From an uncultured virus (IMG/VR IMGVR_UViG_3300009376_000009) (Duplodnaviria; Heunggongvirae; Uroviricota; Caudoviricetes), in IMG/VR virus record IMGVR_UViG_3300009376_000009: a stretch of 64,000 bases of DNA, one strand, 5' to 3'. The position numbers and the translations under genes were made by a program. Shown in pieces: positions 17,112-26,990 of the stretch. The notes below the pieces were generated by a model. The model ran no database searches and was not told the origin of the DNA. It saw nothing but the letters and a program-made list of their open reading frames with translations. How positions within the stretch are numbered: position 1 is the first letter of the stretch; each line of letters starts with the position of its first letter.

Positions 17112-17389
17112 CTAAAAGAAAGTGGAGAAGTGATTCCCCTCGTCTTCTCAATACAAGACCTATCTACACGAAGGATTGGCCGAGGCTGATTCAGAAGATG
17201 AAGGATGATGGCTTAGTCGCCGTGATATTGTCTGATGGTGTGAAGTGGTATCATGGCGCGTATGAGATTAAGCCACCCGCGATTCGTTTCGTGTGGGAAT
17301 TGACTACTTCGCAATATAGACGATTGGTTGACTATATTCTCGTGAATGACCCATTCCACGTGCCTGCGAGACGAAGAGACTTCGGCTAA
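17108..17389 (+). CDS. Hypothetical protein
   Basis: TTG start with AGGAGG Shine-Dalgarno, overlapping the upstream stop. Confidence 0.75.
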   Translation: MTKRKWRSDSPRLLNTRPIYTKDWPRLIQKMKDDGLVAVILSDGVKWYHGAYEIKPPAIRFVWELTTSQYRRLVDYILVNDPFHVPARRRDFG

Positions 17390-17448
17390 AAGTAACTTCA
17401 TAAAGATGAAATTGAGAAAATTGGGCGCGAAAAATTGGAGGCCGAAAA

Positions 17449-18123
17449 ATGGGAAGTTTGATATTCACAAAGGATGATACGAAGTTTCTTCATCAGTATT
17501 CTTGCTTGGTTATGTATGACCACGTAGACATTACGCCCGACCAACCGAACATTACCTACGTCCTTCGCACGAAGAAGTTTTCTGAGCAGGACGTCTTGTA
17601 TTGGCTCCCGTATATCAAGAGCCAACTCATAGTGTGCATGGATAGGTTTCCGCGATTGAGCAAGGCTACGAAGGAGTTGGTCATGTTCGACAAACCCGAC
17701 CTAAAAGAAAATCATAACAAACTATCTCATTCTACAAGAATCATCCTAAAAGAAACCGATAGACTGCGAGCCTATCACCATGCTCAATACGTTCCGATTC
17801 CTTACGCGCTTAGTTTCATCAAGAGCAACGTCACCAACTTGGCCTTCTTCCGTCGTTTAGCGACGATTGGTTTTGAGTTACCGGACGTCTACACTCACGC
17901 CTTATTCGCATTCGGCATCTCTCCTGTTCCGGGTCGAGTTAATTGGCCCACGAAAACGAAGCAAGAAGACGGGCCGCCACACCCCTTCCGTAGTGATGAT
18001 AGATATTGGAGTGAGATTATTGAGTCTTCTACTTCTGTGGCGAATCAAGTGAGGATTCAGGCTAAGGAACAACTACCAAAGGGGGTTAAGAAGACAATTC
18101 AAGAGGAAGCAAAATGGGTATGA
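17449..18123 (+). CDS. Hypothetical protein (224 aa)
   Basis: GGAGG Shine-Dalgarno, long ORF. Confidence 0.8.
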   Translation: MGSLIFTKDDTKFLHQYSCLVMYDHVDITPDQPNITYVLRTKKFSEQDVLYWLPYIKSQLIVCMDRFPRLSKATKELVMFDKPDLKENHNKLSHSTRIILKETDRLRAYHHAQYVPIPYALSFIKSNVTNLAFFRRLATIGFELPDVYTHALFAFGISPVPGRVNWPTKTKQEDGPPHPFRSDDRYWSEIIESSTSVANQVRIQAKEQLPKGVKKTIQEEAKWV

Positions 18124-18305
18124 TTCACGTCGCCTTCTGTTTCGCTTTCCTCATCATTCTTGGTATACTGTTTGAGGTATTCACGGTGCTACTCGCTAAT
18201 GTGATTCAGGACTCTACATTCTATGCTAAAAGTAATTCGTCTGAGCCTATGGACGACGAAGGCTACATTTACTCCGCGATGTATCTCAGTATGCACGACG
18301 AATGA
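18114..18305 (+). CDS. Small membrane protein
   Basis: N-terminal hydrophobic helix. Confidence 0.65.
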   Translation: MGMIHVAFCFAFLIILGILFEVFTVLLANVIQDSTFYAKSNSSEPMDDEGYIYSAMYLSMHDE

Positions 18306-18336
18306 CTTATGAACACTTCCCGCTACCTTAAAAGTA

Positions 18337-18747
18337 ATGAGTGCAAACAATAGGAGGATTCGACGCATCCTTGTAGACCTACTTTGGGAACATGGGGCGA
18401 TGACGAAAGAGCGCATGGCTGCCCTTTTAAGTGAACATAAAAGTATCAGAACGGTTCCTTCACCACATTCTCTCGCTGCATTACTCTCCAAGAACCCACA
18501 AATCGTATCTGTCGGCAAAGAAAGCGTAGAAAATGTTGTTGGAGTGAAAGCAAATCATCTCATCTATGATATTGACCGTAAGTTGATTCAAGAACAAGGA
18601 GATATTAACCTAACAAGAACACCGACAGTAATGACTCCGAGTCAGATGAGGGAAGCGACACGATGCGAGAAATGCGGACGTATCAGAATCAAACCGAAGG
18701 GACACAGCGTATGTCTACATTGTGTACGAAAATCGGAAGCATCTTAA
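18337..18747 (+). CDS. Winged-helix plus C-terminal Zn-ribbon regulator
   Basis: LWEHGAMTKE...PSPHSLAALLSKNPQI and CEKC...CLHC. Confidence 0.75.
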   Translation: MSANNRRIRRILVDLLWEHGAMTKERMAALLSEHKSIRTVPSPHSLAALLSKNPQIVSVGKESVENVVGVKANHLIYDIDRKLIQEQGDINLTRTPTVMTPSQMREATRCEKCGRIRIKPKGHSVCLHCVRKSEAS

Positions 18748-18769
18748 GCATCAAAAGGGTGGTAGATTC

Positions 18770-18898
18770 GTGAAAAGTGAGTGGGAGTATTCCTGTGAAG
18801 AGCATCAGGGCAGCATGGCGTTTTGGCGCACAATAATGGGCTTTTTCAACACCGTTTTGACTGTTCTCATTACTCTAAAAGTATTCAGTTTACTTTAG
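18770..18898 (+). CDS. 42-aa membrane microprotein (not in ORF track)
   Basis: GTG exactly 25 nt after TAAG (18745). Hydrophobic C-terminal helix. Confidence 0.6.
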   Translation: MKSEWEYSCEEHQGSMAFWRTIMGFFNTVLTVLITLKVFSLL

Positions 18899-18954
18899 CC
18901 ATCCATAGAATATGTTAAGTAGCATTTGGGGTATAGGGAAAGTGAGGGAAGGGC

Positions 18955-19302
18955 ATGGAAGACCTATCGAGCATCATCGAGATGGTTCTGAGTATGCACG
19001 ACCAAGTAGACACTTCCGGCATTATAAATGAGCGAAATCTAAACGAGTTGGATTTCGTTAGGCATCTTCTGATAATCAGGACAAATCCTGATTACGAAGA
19101 AGGTATGTGCGAGAGGACTGACGGCATCATCGCTGATAACCCCCTGTCTTGTGACTTTCTTCGTGGCCTAAAAGTAGCCCTTCTCATGTCCCTTGCCGCC
19201 GAGCCTATTTTCGGCCCCCCTACCCCGCATAGAAAGGTCTTAGTCGAGATGTATACTATGGCTGACGCAATTATCTTGGAGCAGAGCATAGATACCGATT
19301 AG
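18955..19302 (+). CDS. Hypothetical protein
   Basis: ORF with a purine-rich Shine-Dalgarno. Confidence 0.75.
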   Translation: MEDLSSIIEMVLSMHDQVDTSGIINERNLNELDFVRHLLIIRTNPDYEEGMCERTDGIIADNPLSCDFLRGLKVALLMSLAAEPIFGPPTPHRKVLVEMYTMADAIILEQSIDTD

Positions 19303-19460
19303 TTACCTTCATAAGCATGATGATGCAGCGTATATCATGGAGCGAGTTTCTCCGAGCGCGACAGCGTGGGCGGCGGGGTCGCTCCGGGTGTTAGTCTACC
19401 TAATCATAACCCCCCGTCCGAATCGAGTGAGAAGACTTGCAATAATAGGAGGAAGTAATC

Positions 19461-20363
19461 ATGGGATATGTTGAGATTTGGTCACAGAAACACCGACCTA
19501 ACCTTGACGAGATAATAGGGCAAGAGTATGTGCTTGACCAAGTGAAATCAATGCAGCATTTCATATTCCACAGCGAGCAAGCCGGAACGGGCAAGACAAG
19601 TCTTGCACACGCGCTCGCCAAAGATAAGGGGTGGCCTATCCATGTCTTCAATGCAAGCAGCAAGAACACTCGTGGGATAGAGTTTGTCGAAGAGCATTTA
19701 CTCCCAATGTCGAGGACAGGTAACTCGGAGCAGATATTCCTACTTGATGAGGCAGACCAACTGACTCCTGCGGCACAGTCCGCGCTCAAGGGAGTCATCG
19801 AGAACGCACAGGGTTACTTCATTCTCACTTGCAATAATCTCAGCAAGATTACTGAGTGGTTGAAGTCAAGATGTGTGGTGTGTTACTTTTCGGCTATAAC
19901 TAAGTCGGACATAATCACACGCCTCGCGCACATAGCAAGTATAGAGGGGGTCGAGATAACTAACGAGGAACTTGGGATGATTGCGAAAGCACACGTAGGC
20001 GATTTGCGAAACAGTATCAATGCTCTCCAAGCATACGACGGACTTTACGACCCTACAAGTAACGCACAGAAGCGGTTCCTCTTTTCATTGGAAGGCGAGT
20101 GCGTTAATGCCTCATCGTTCCTCCAACTAGCATTCAAGGAACGCGACTACGAACACGCCTTGTTGGTCTTTGAGAAGCGACAGCACCCTGCTCTTCCTTT
20201 GAGGGCTGTTAGGGACATTTTCAATTACGGGATGCAAAGTGAGGCAAAGACTGAATCCAAACTAAAACTAATTGACGCTGCGGTTACAGCAGAGCGAGAT
20301 TTCATAATGGGAGTCCAGCCTTCAATCATAGCAGCCAACTTTGTTCGCCTATGCGTGACGTGA
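19461..20363 (+). CDS. rfcS: Replication factor C small subunit (clamp loader)
   Basis: W.QKHRP, AGTGKTS, FNASS, LLDEADQLT..AQ.AL, KSRC, GDLR.SIN.LQ. Confidence 0.95.
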   Translation: MGYVEIWSQKHRPNLDEIIGQEYVLDQVKSMQHFIFHSEQAGTGKTSLAHALAKDKGWPIHVFNASSKNTRGIEFVEEHLLPMSRTGNSEQIFLLDEADQLTPAAQSALKGVIENAQGYFILTCNNLSKITEWLKSRCVVCYFSAITKSDIITRLAHIASIEGVEITNEELGMIAKAHVGDLRNSINALQAYDGLYDPTSNAQKRFLFSLEGECVNASSFLQLAFKERDYEHALLVFEKRQHPALPLRAVRDIFNYGMQSEAKTESKLKLIDAAVTAERDFIMGVQPSIIAANFVRLCVT

Positions 20364-20420
20364 CCACTACCTTCATAAGCATGATTAGACTCCGTTAGAT
20401 TACCCAAGAAGGAATGCAGC

Positions 20421-21671
20421 ATGGATGAGAACGTCTTGAATAATGTCGCTAAGACGCTGAATGTGGACGCAGGAATTGTCCGCGCTCGCGCAGAAGAGAT
20501 ACTCACTCAACAGGGCGACGCTTGGATAGCAGCAGGCAAGTCCGAGAGTGATTGCGGCATACTTGCTCTACGTGTGGCTGCGCGTATGATTAACACCGAC
20601 AATGCACGCCTCAAGAGAGCAGGCGTCACAACCTTTGAAGGAATGTTCGTTGATATGCCCCGCCCTAAGATGTGGGGCGAGTGGGGCTACAAGAAGATGA
20701 AGACTCAGTTGCTTGCTGCATCACCCGATGCTCGTCAGGCTCTCATAGATTCAGGAGCCGTCGTCCTTTACGACGACAACCACGACGGCACGTTCATTCG
20801 CTATGCGCGTGAGGACTTCGGTGGTAACGAAGCCGAGTTTAGCGAGTTGCCGAAGCATACCATGCGCTTAGATGAGAACACTCACTTCTACCCTGTATGG
20901 GATAAGTCCAATGCGACCTTCCCGTCCGGTGACGCCAACTTCAAGTTTGGTCGCCCACGACCACAGGATGACCGCGAGCGCGTTTCCTTGTTCTACGGCA
21001 GGCCTCAAGGTTCAACTGACGATGTTGCTTTGATTGAAGTCAGAGCGCAAGGAAAGGCTGCTGATATTCAACACTCTACCTTCACAACCGGCACTATACC
21101 ACTACGCGCAGGAGCGAAGGGCAAGAACGGTTTGGGTCGAGCATACGCAAAGCCCGAAGTTTCAATTCTGACGGAAGATGATTCATTGTCTTCGCTATTC
21201 CCCGCCCCGCCCATACAAAGCGATAACGATGGTGGGTTCTCAGGACTAATCCCTACGCTAAGTGAAACTTTTGATTGGCTCCCAAACCTAATGGCTTTGG
21301 AAGGCTACTTCAACGAAAATCACGGCAAGGAAGGATGGTTCGATAGAAAGGTCGCGCTTGTTACTGAGGTAATTCACATTGACCCACGCGAAAACGGTGG
21401 TTTCATCCTAGTCTGCTCAGATTTGGATATTACTTCCACCGCCGCGACTTTGGACGTATACGTGTCCGCACAGGAAGAGATTTCTTTCGGCGTAGGCACG
21501 AAACTCATGGTAATCGGTCAAACATGGCGCAGCCAAGAAGGAGAGCAGCGTTTGACTGTGAATGGTTGGTTCCCCTTTGATTCTACGGCAGGAGTCGAAG
21601 TTGTTGGAACGAATATCTACGGTGAGGCTATAACTACTCAAGGCGACGAAGACTCAGGATGGGATGAATGA
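20421..21671 (+). CDS. Probable ssDNA-binding protein (RPA/OB-fold)
   Basis: OB-like C-terminal region, acidic tail ending WDE, position between RFC and the RecA-like ATPase. Confidence 0.6.
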   Translation: MDENVLNNVAKTLNVDAGIVRARAEEILTQQGDAWIAAGKSESDCGILALRVAARMINTDNARLKRAGVTTFEGMFVDMPRPKMWGEWGYKKMKTQLLAASPDARQALIDSGAVVLYDDNHDGTFIRYAREDFGGNEAEFSELPKHTMRLDENTHFYPVWDKSNATFPSGDANFKFGRPRPQDDRERVSLFYGRPQGSTDDVALIEVRAQGKAADIQHSTFTTGTIPLRAGAKGKNGLGRAYAKPEVSILTEDDSLSSLFPAPPIQSDNDGGFSGLIPTLSETFDWLPNLMALEGYFNENHGKEGWFDRKVALVTEVIHIDPRENGGFILVCSDLDITSTAATLDVYVSAQEEISFGVGTKLMVIGQTWRSQEGEQRLTVNGWFPFDSTAGVEVVGTNIYGEAITTQGDEDSGWDE

Positions 21672-22702
21672 TGGCGCAAAATTGGGGCGATTCTAAGGGG
21701 GTCAAAGGTACTACGGTACAGGCGGCCCCTAAAGGGAAGTCGGGTAAAGTGGTCCCGAAGGCAGTCGTCTATGACCGAGAATACTATGCGAATCTATTCA
21801 CTAATTCAATGGCGCAAGCGATTGAAACAAGGATGGCTCTTGTTGGTCACGAGAATACGTGCAAGACAGGCCTTGCTGCTTCTCTCTTGGAGAAGGAGAT
21901 AATGCGCGGCGACGTTGTCTATGTTTTCGATGTGGATAATTCGGCTCGCTCTACTTTGGACTACATCTACCCGGATAAACCGAACATAAAAGTAATCCCA
22001 CTCCTTGATGAGATGGACGATTCCATATTCCACGAGGATAACTCGATTGACTATCAGGCTCTACTCAACAAGACGAAGTTTTACATCAATATTATTGCTG
22101 AGAGTGTCGAGTCAGGGGATAACGTAGGCGGTATCATTTTCGATGGCGGCTCTACCTTCCTCAAGTGGTGTGAGTTTGCTATGCGCCAATCTCTACTCGA
22201 TAAGGGAGTCATTGAGAACGAAGATGACTCCTTCAATCAGAAGGAATGGCGCGAGCGCAATCGCTTGAACCGTGATGTAATCACTCGTATTCATGCTCTA
22301 CCCGTCAGTAAAGTATTCTACACCTACCACTTGAAGGCCGTTCAGCAATACATGGACGACGGAAGTGGAAAGAAGGTGCTTATGGCCGTTGGTGAAAGGC
22401 CCGAATGGGAAAAGGGAACCATGCGGAAGTTTACACAGCAGATATTCCTGAGTCGTTACATGAAAAAGGCTGATATGGCCGCAGGCGTGAAGGGCGACAG
22501 GAAGTTGGGCGATAACCAATGGGTTGTGCGTGCAACTGTCGAGGAAATGAAGGGTGCAGGCATGGAGTTTGTCGGTTCTACTCACGACGTTCTTTCTGTG
22601 AAGAACGGCGAAGTAACATGGTTTGGTCTACCTTTCTTGCAGTCTGAACCTGAACCTGAGCCTGAGCCTGAACCTGAAATCGAAACTGATGAAAAGGCTT
22701 AG
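21668..22702 (+). CDS. RecA/RadA-superfamily ATPase
   Basis: GHENTCKT Walker A, VYVFDVDN, IIFDGGS Walker B, (EP)n tail. Confidence 0.8.
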   Translation: MMAQNWGDSKGVKGTTVQAAPKGKSGKVVPKAVVYDREYYANLFTNSMAQAIETRMALVGHENTCKTGLAASLLEKEIMRGDVVYVFDVDNSARSTLDYIYPDKPNIKVIPLLDEMDDSIFHEDNSIDYQALLNKTKFYINIIAESVESGDNVGGIIFDGGSTFLKWCEFAMRQSLLDKGVIENEDDSFNQKEWRERNRLNRDVITRIHALPVSKVFYTYHLKAVQQYMDDGSGKKVLMAVGERPEWEKGTMRKFTQQIFLSRYMKKADMAAGVKGDRKLGDNQWVVRATVEEMKGAGMEFVGSTHDVLSVKNGEVTWFGLPFLQSEPEPEPEPEPEIETDEKA

Positions 22703-22712
22703 GTGAATCTCA

Positions 22713-23639
22713 ATGGTTGTCTACATCGGTAAAACCCAATTATCTACTCTGTTGAAAATGACGCAGCGACCTCAGACTATTGCGGGTAAAAGTAACTCAC
22801 AAGTCAATGCTTGTATGTTGACTGTGGCTTGGCCTCGTATCTACACTTGCTCGTTAGTCAAGGATGGTGTATCGAGTGTGTCTATCTTTTCACAACCACT
22901 CTCAGGACACGCCTCTCCGAAAGAGGGTGAAACAACGATTGAGTCAAGCAACGGACAAATCCCTATCGTGAATATCGAAGACACTTTGGGCGCATTGAAT
23001 CACCACAGCGAGAAACTCACGCTCATTCACAAGGAAGGCAACAAACTCTTGGTTAAGTCCAAAAGTAAGCAGACCACTCTCACGTCTAACGCTGATGCTT
23101 TGGCGTTTCCCCATAGCCCCGCCTCTCTCCAAGAATGGTATGCAAAATCCGTGTCTATCGCGGGTAAGGTTCTGAGCGAAGGAGTTTACGAATTGAATGA
23201 TGGCGAAAAAGTCACTCCATTCCATTCTTATTTCAATGTAGATGTGAATACTCTGCATGAAGCGTTGCGTTGCGTGAACATGAATAATCAGAAGTTGAAT
23301 GAGTATACTTTCGTTGGTTCAAATCATACCGCAAAAGATGGACTAAAAGTAATCACCGGTAATCAACTCAAGGGGCAGACGGAGTATACGTTGGACTTCC
23401 CTTTGAGTCAAGACTGCAAAGTCAGAAGCCTAAGTCTAAAGGGGAGCAACTATCAGGGGTTCAAGGCTACTTTCGGTGGTGGATTAGACCACATTATGCG
23501 AATCACACGGAATAGCAAGGCTGACCTTCACTTCGTAGATTTGAGGGACAAAGGGCAGGGGATTAAACTCATCATTGAATTAGGTGAGGGTGATTTCCTG
23601 CTTCAATCGTCAATAGGAGATTGTGAAGTCTATGTCTGA
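22713..23639 (+). CDS. Probable divergent PCNA-like sliding clamp
   Basis: Size, beta-rich two-domain pattern and context between RFC and PolB. Confidence 0.55.
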   Translation: MVVYIGKTQLSTLLKMTQRPQTIAGKSNSQVNACMLTVAWPRIYTCSLVKDGVSSVSIFSQPLSGHASPKEGETTIESSNGQIPIVNIEDTLGALNHHSEKLTLIHKEGNKLLVKSKSKQTTLTSNADALAFPHSPASLQEWYAKSVSIAGKVLSEGVYELNDGEKVTPFHSYFNVDVNTLHEALRCVNMNNQKLNEYTFVGSNHTAKDGLKVITGNQLKGQTEYTLDFPLSQDCKVRSLSLKGSNYQGFKATFGGGLDHIMRITRNSKADLHFVDLRDKGQGIKLIIELGEGDFLLQSSIGDCEVYV

Positions 23640-24090
23640 TTGGTTCGATATAGCAGCAAGACGAAGCAAGAAGACGGGTAAGCGTGTCGGGCCGAAAGTT
23701 TACATCAAGAAAGGAGATGAAAAACCCTTGTTCCCCGATGCAGATGGTAAACTTCCTCACGTGATTTACGTTGCGGACGCTACTCTCATTTCAGAGGGTA
23801 AAAGTATTGACGTGTATTCCATGCAAGTAGAACTCCAAACAGCAGGGACGCAAACTGTGACTTGGAAAGGTGCGAATGGGGAAAACTTCGTTGCCTCTAT
23901 CAAAATTAGGCAGGAGTTAGACCCTCTATACCGTGACCCTCTATGGTTGATGGAACAATACTTGGAGAAGGAAAGGAGCATGGCTGATATAGCCGACCAA
24001 TTTGGGATAACACCAACGGCTATCCACCAATGGCTACTTAAGCATGATATTCCTACCCGTAGCAAGGGAAGGAAGAAGCATGATAATTGA
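23632..24090 (+). CDS. HTH DNA-binding protein
   Basis: WL.EQY.EKERSMADIADQFGITPTAIHQWL.KHDIP.R. Confidence 0.85.
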   Translation: MSDWFDIAARRSKKTGKRVGPKVYIKKGDEKPLFPDADGKLPHVIYVADATLISEGKSIDVYSMQVELQTAGTQTVTWKGANGENFVASIKIRQELDPLYRDPLWLMEQYLEKERSMADIADQFGITPTAIHQWLLKHDIPTRSKGRKKHDN

Positions 24091-26314
24091 GAGCATGGGC
24101 CGTCGAAAGGTCAATATTCGTTATCGGAATGAGGACGGAGAGAGACAACATAAAATCATTGAAGATGTGTGGCCTTATTGCTTTGTTGAAACTGAACACG
24201 CCCCGCTATTCGATGCTGCTTCAAAGGAAGATGGTTACTTAGGCGTATACGGAGAAAAACTAACGAAACTCGTGGTTGCTACGCCTGCACAGATACGTGA
24301 CGTGAAGGCGAAAGCAGACCTTTTCAGCGTACCTACTTGGGAGGCAAACGTTCCTTATGTGAATAGGGCCATTTGTGACCACCTTAAAAGTAACTCTCCT
24401 ATCCCAAACTACAACCACAGAATATGGTATCTCGATTGTGAGTGGAATCCTACGACGAATAAGATGAGGGTAATTGTAGTTAAGGACTCGTTCACGAATA
24501 ATGAATATGTATGGTTCGTAAATCCTGCCTTAGAGTTAACTCAGGAATATTCCGAGTTTGGTGATTACCAATACGATGTGCCTGCGAGGGGCTTCCCTAA
24601 CGAAAGGCTGATGCTTGTTGATTTCCTACGTCACATGGAGCGACAAGACCCCGATGTGATAACGGGATGGTATGTTACGGGGGCTGACGTCAAGCAGATT
24701 ATTGAACGCTGTCGCTTGAATGGGGTTGAACCAAGAAGTCTATCACCCATGAATAGACTACGCTATGAGTTTGGTGATTGGGCGCAGCCTATTGTTGGAC
24801 GTATGTGCATTGACCTGATGATTGCTACCGCAAAACTATGGGAGTTGAAGAACGGAAAACTCCCCGGTTACAAACTTGATGACGTGGCGTTTGAAATCCT
24901 CGGTGAAAGGAAGATTGAGTTACCTGACGGACACGACACCTACCTATCCGACCTTCCTTTGTATATTCACTACTGTCGCCAAGATGTTAGGCTACTCCCT
25001 AAACTCGACCTAAAAGTAAATGCAATCAATTACTACCTTGCCTTGCAACACCTTGTTCAATGCGATATTCGCACTACTCCGTTCATCACGAAAATGTTCA
25101 CTTGTCTTGCTCTTCAAGATTCTGAATGGGAACGTCGTATACCTTCTCGACCCCAATTCGATAAGGTGGATTACGAGGGAGCAGACATAATGGAAGTGAC
25201 TAAGGGACTCTACGAAAATGTCGGCATTCTCGATGTGATGGCTATGTATCACAGCAACGCGAAGCAATACAACATTTCATGGGAGATGCTTACTTCCGAA
25301 GACGGAGTTGACTGTGGTAATGGGACTTGCTTCCTGCTTCCGAATGGGGAAAGGGGAATGCTCGTTAGGCAAATGGATAACATGACCGTTCTTAGAGATG
25401 CGTTCAAGGTGGCGCGAAGGAATGCAGAAACCGAGGAAGAGCGACAACGATGGGACACCATGCAGTATGCCTGCAAGTCGTTAGTGGCTTCGATGTATGG
25501 TGTAGCGGGTGATTCCAAGTATGGCTTGTATCACCCTGAGATAGCAGCAGCAATTACTCACACATCAAGACAAACTCTCAACAAACTCAAAGAAGAGGCC
25601 AAGAAGCAGGGGCTTGAGGTTTTCTACGGTCACACAGACAGCGTCTTCGTTATCATGTCTTCTCCCGAAGAAGGAGAAAAGGCTCTACGAAAAATCAATC
25701 ACGAGATGCGACCTATTGAGGTTCAATTTGAGAAGTGGTGTGAGCGAATGTTGTTGATTGCGAAAAATCGTTATGCCGCAAATGTCGTGTGGAGTGACGG
25801 GGCGAGTCACAAAGATACCCTCTACATCAAAGGGATAGAGATGAAGCAGTCGCGTATGCCGGTCATAATGAAAGATTGCATGAAGGACGTGGTTGGTGGT
25901 ATTCTCTCCGGTGAGTCTGAAAAGGAAATTACCGAGAGCGTTACAGAACTCATCCTAAAAGTAATCGAAGGCGAGATAGAGCCTGCGAACCTTTGCATGA
26001 AAGGTAAATTGGAAAAGAACCTGAGTGACTACAAGGTATTGTCCGGCCCAAGCGCGGGAGCAGCGTGGGCTAATGAGTTTCTTGGGAAGGGGTATCGGAA
26101 GGGTTCGTTTTTCCTCGTTACCCTGAATAATGAGGGAAAATATATTGCATTCGATGACCCGAAAGAAATTGAGGGTAAGTATACTATCGGATTCAAGGAA
26201 TTGGCGGAACGTTTCATCGTGAAGAAAGTCATGCCGTATTTCAATCTCATGGGGTGGGATTCGCAGCCTCTCTTCAATACTCTACGCGGTCTTGGAAGCC
26301 TCACGTGGGTATAG
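24080..26314 (+). CDS. polB: Family B DNA polymerase
   Basis: Exonuclease motifs YLDCE, YKLDDVA and YCRQDV. Polymerase motifs DVMAMYHS, KSLVASMYG, YGHTDS, KNRY and KGIE. Confidence 0.95.
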   Translation: MIIESMGRRKVNIRYRNEDGERQHKIIEDVWPYCFVETEHAPLFDAASKEDGYLGVYGEKLTKLVVATPAQIRDVKAKADLFSVPTWEANVPYVNRAICDHLKSNSPIPNYNHRIWYLDCEWNPTTNKMRVIVVKDSFTNNEYVWFVNPALELTQEYSEFGDYQYDVPARGFPNERLMLVDFLRHMERQDPDVITGWYVTGADVKQIIERCRLNGVEPRSLSPMNRLRYEFGDWAQPIVGRMCIDLMIATAKLWELKNGKLPGYKLDDVAFEILGERKIELPDGHDTYLSDLPLYIHYCRQDVRLLPKLDLKVNAINYYLALQHLVQCDIRTTPFITKMFTCLALQDSEWERRIPSRPQFDKVDYEGADIMEVTKGLYENVGILDVMAMYHSNAKQYNISWEMLTSEDGVDCGNGTCFLLPNGERGMLVRQMDNMTVLRDAFKVARRNAETEEERQRWDTMQYACKSLVASMYGVAGDSKYGLYHPEIAAAITHTSRQTLNKLKEEAKKQGLEVFYGHTDSVFVIMSSPEEGEKALRKINHEMRPIEVQFEKWCERMLLIAKNRYAANVVWSDGASHKDTLYIKGIEMKQSRMPVIMKDCMKDVVGGILSGESEKEITESVTELILKVIEGEIEPANLCMKGKLEKNLSDYKVLSGPSAGAAWANEFLGKGYRKGSFFLVTLNNEGKYIAFDDPKEIEGKYTIGFKELAERFIVKKVMPYFNLMGWDSQPLFNTLRGLGSLTWV

Positions 26315-26349
26315 ACAGCATTATAAGCATCATTTGGAGTGGTTTATGT

Positions 26350-26703
26350 ATGAGTCGAGGACGCAAGTTTACCGGAAAGCCCACAGTCAAGCAGTTGCAG
26401 ACTGAATTACAAGAGGCACGAGCCGAGTTTAATGCGTTCGCAAATGCGGCTGTTACGGACATAATGAAGTTGAATCACATCGTCTTCGGTATGCTCGATG
26501 AACAGGGGAAGATAACGAGAATTACGTGCGTTAACTGCAAGGAAGAAGCCATTCGTCCTGAAATAGAGGGGATTGAGAACACGGAAGACTGCCCTAATTG
26601 TGGTAGAAACCTACACAAGACTGAACAGATTAACTTACAGGATATGCAGAACGCAATCCTTGAAGTTGAACCCTCAGAAGATGGCGCGGATTCTGAGGAA
26701 TAG
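26350..26703 (+). CDS. Coiled-coil plus Zn-ribbon protein
   Basis: CVNC...CPNCG. TTATAAGCAT promoter at 26321. Confidence 0.8.
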   Translation: MSRGRKFTGKPTVKQLQTELQEARAEFNAFANAAVTDIMKLNHIVFGMLDEQGKITRITCVNCKEEAIRPEIEGIENTEDCPNCGRNLHKTEQINLQDMQNAILEVEPSEDGADSEE

Positions 26704-26705
26704 TT

Positions 26706-26990
26706 ATGGCGAAAAGAGCAAGGCGCAAATACCAATGGTTACCCTGTGTAATTCGATTTCTTGAAACTACATGGCCCCGTTACGTATCGTATGACGAAAT
26801 CATCACTAACGCAACATTGGGTGGAGCAGATAGAAACAACTCAACGTTGAGGCAATCCTCTCGTGTTTGTCCGACTAAAACTTCCTTCACATCTTGCATG
26901 AGGGGCGACCCTCGTTTTCAGAAGGTAAAAGTAACTACGCATAATATTTCAGGGAAGTATAGAGAAACGGTATGGAGGTTGAAAAAGTGA
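26706..26990 (+). CDS. Small basic winged-helix-like protein
   Basis: PTKTSFTSCMRGDPRF...VWRL pattern. Confidence 0.7.
   Translation: MAKRARRKYQWLPCVIRFLETTWPRYVSYDEIITNATLGGADRNNSTLRQSSRVCPTKTSFTSCMRGDPRFQKVKVTTHNISGKYRETVWRLKK

Noticed and set aside
22644..22678. Hexamer repeat CCTGAR
   Set aside because: It simply encodes an (EP)n linker tail.
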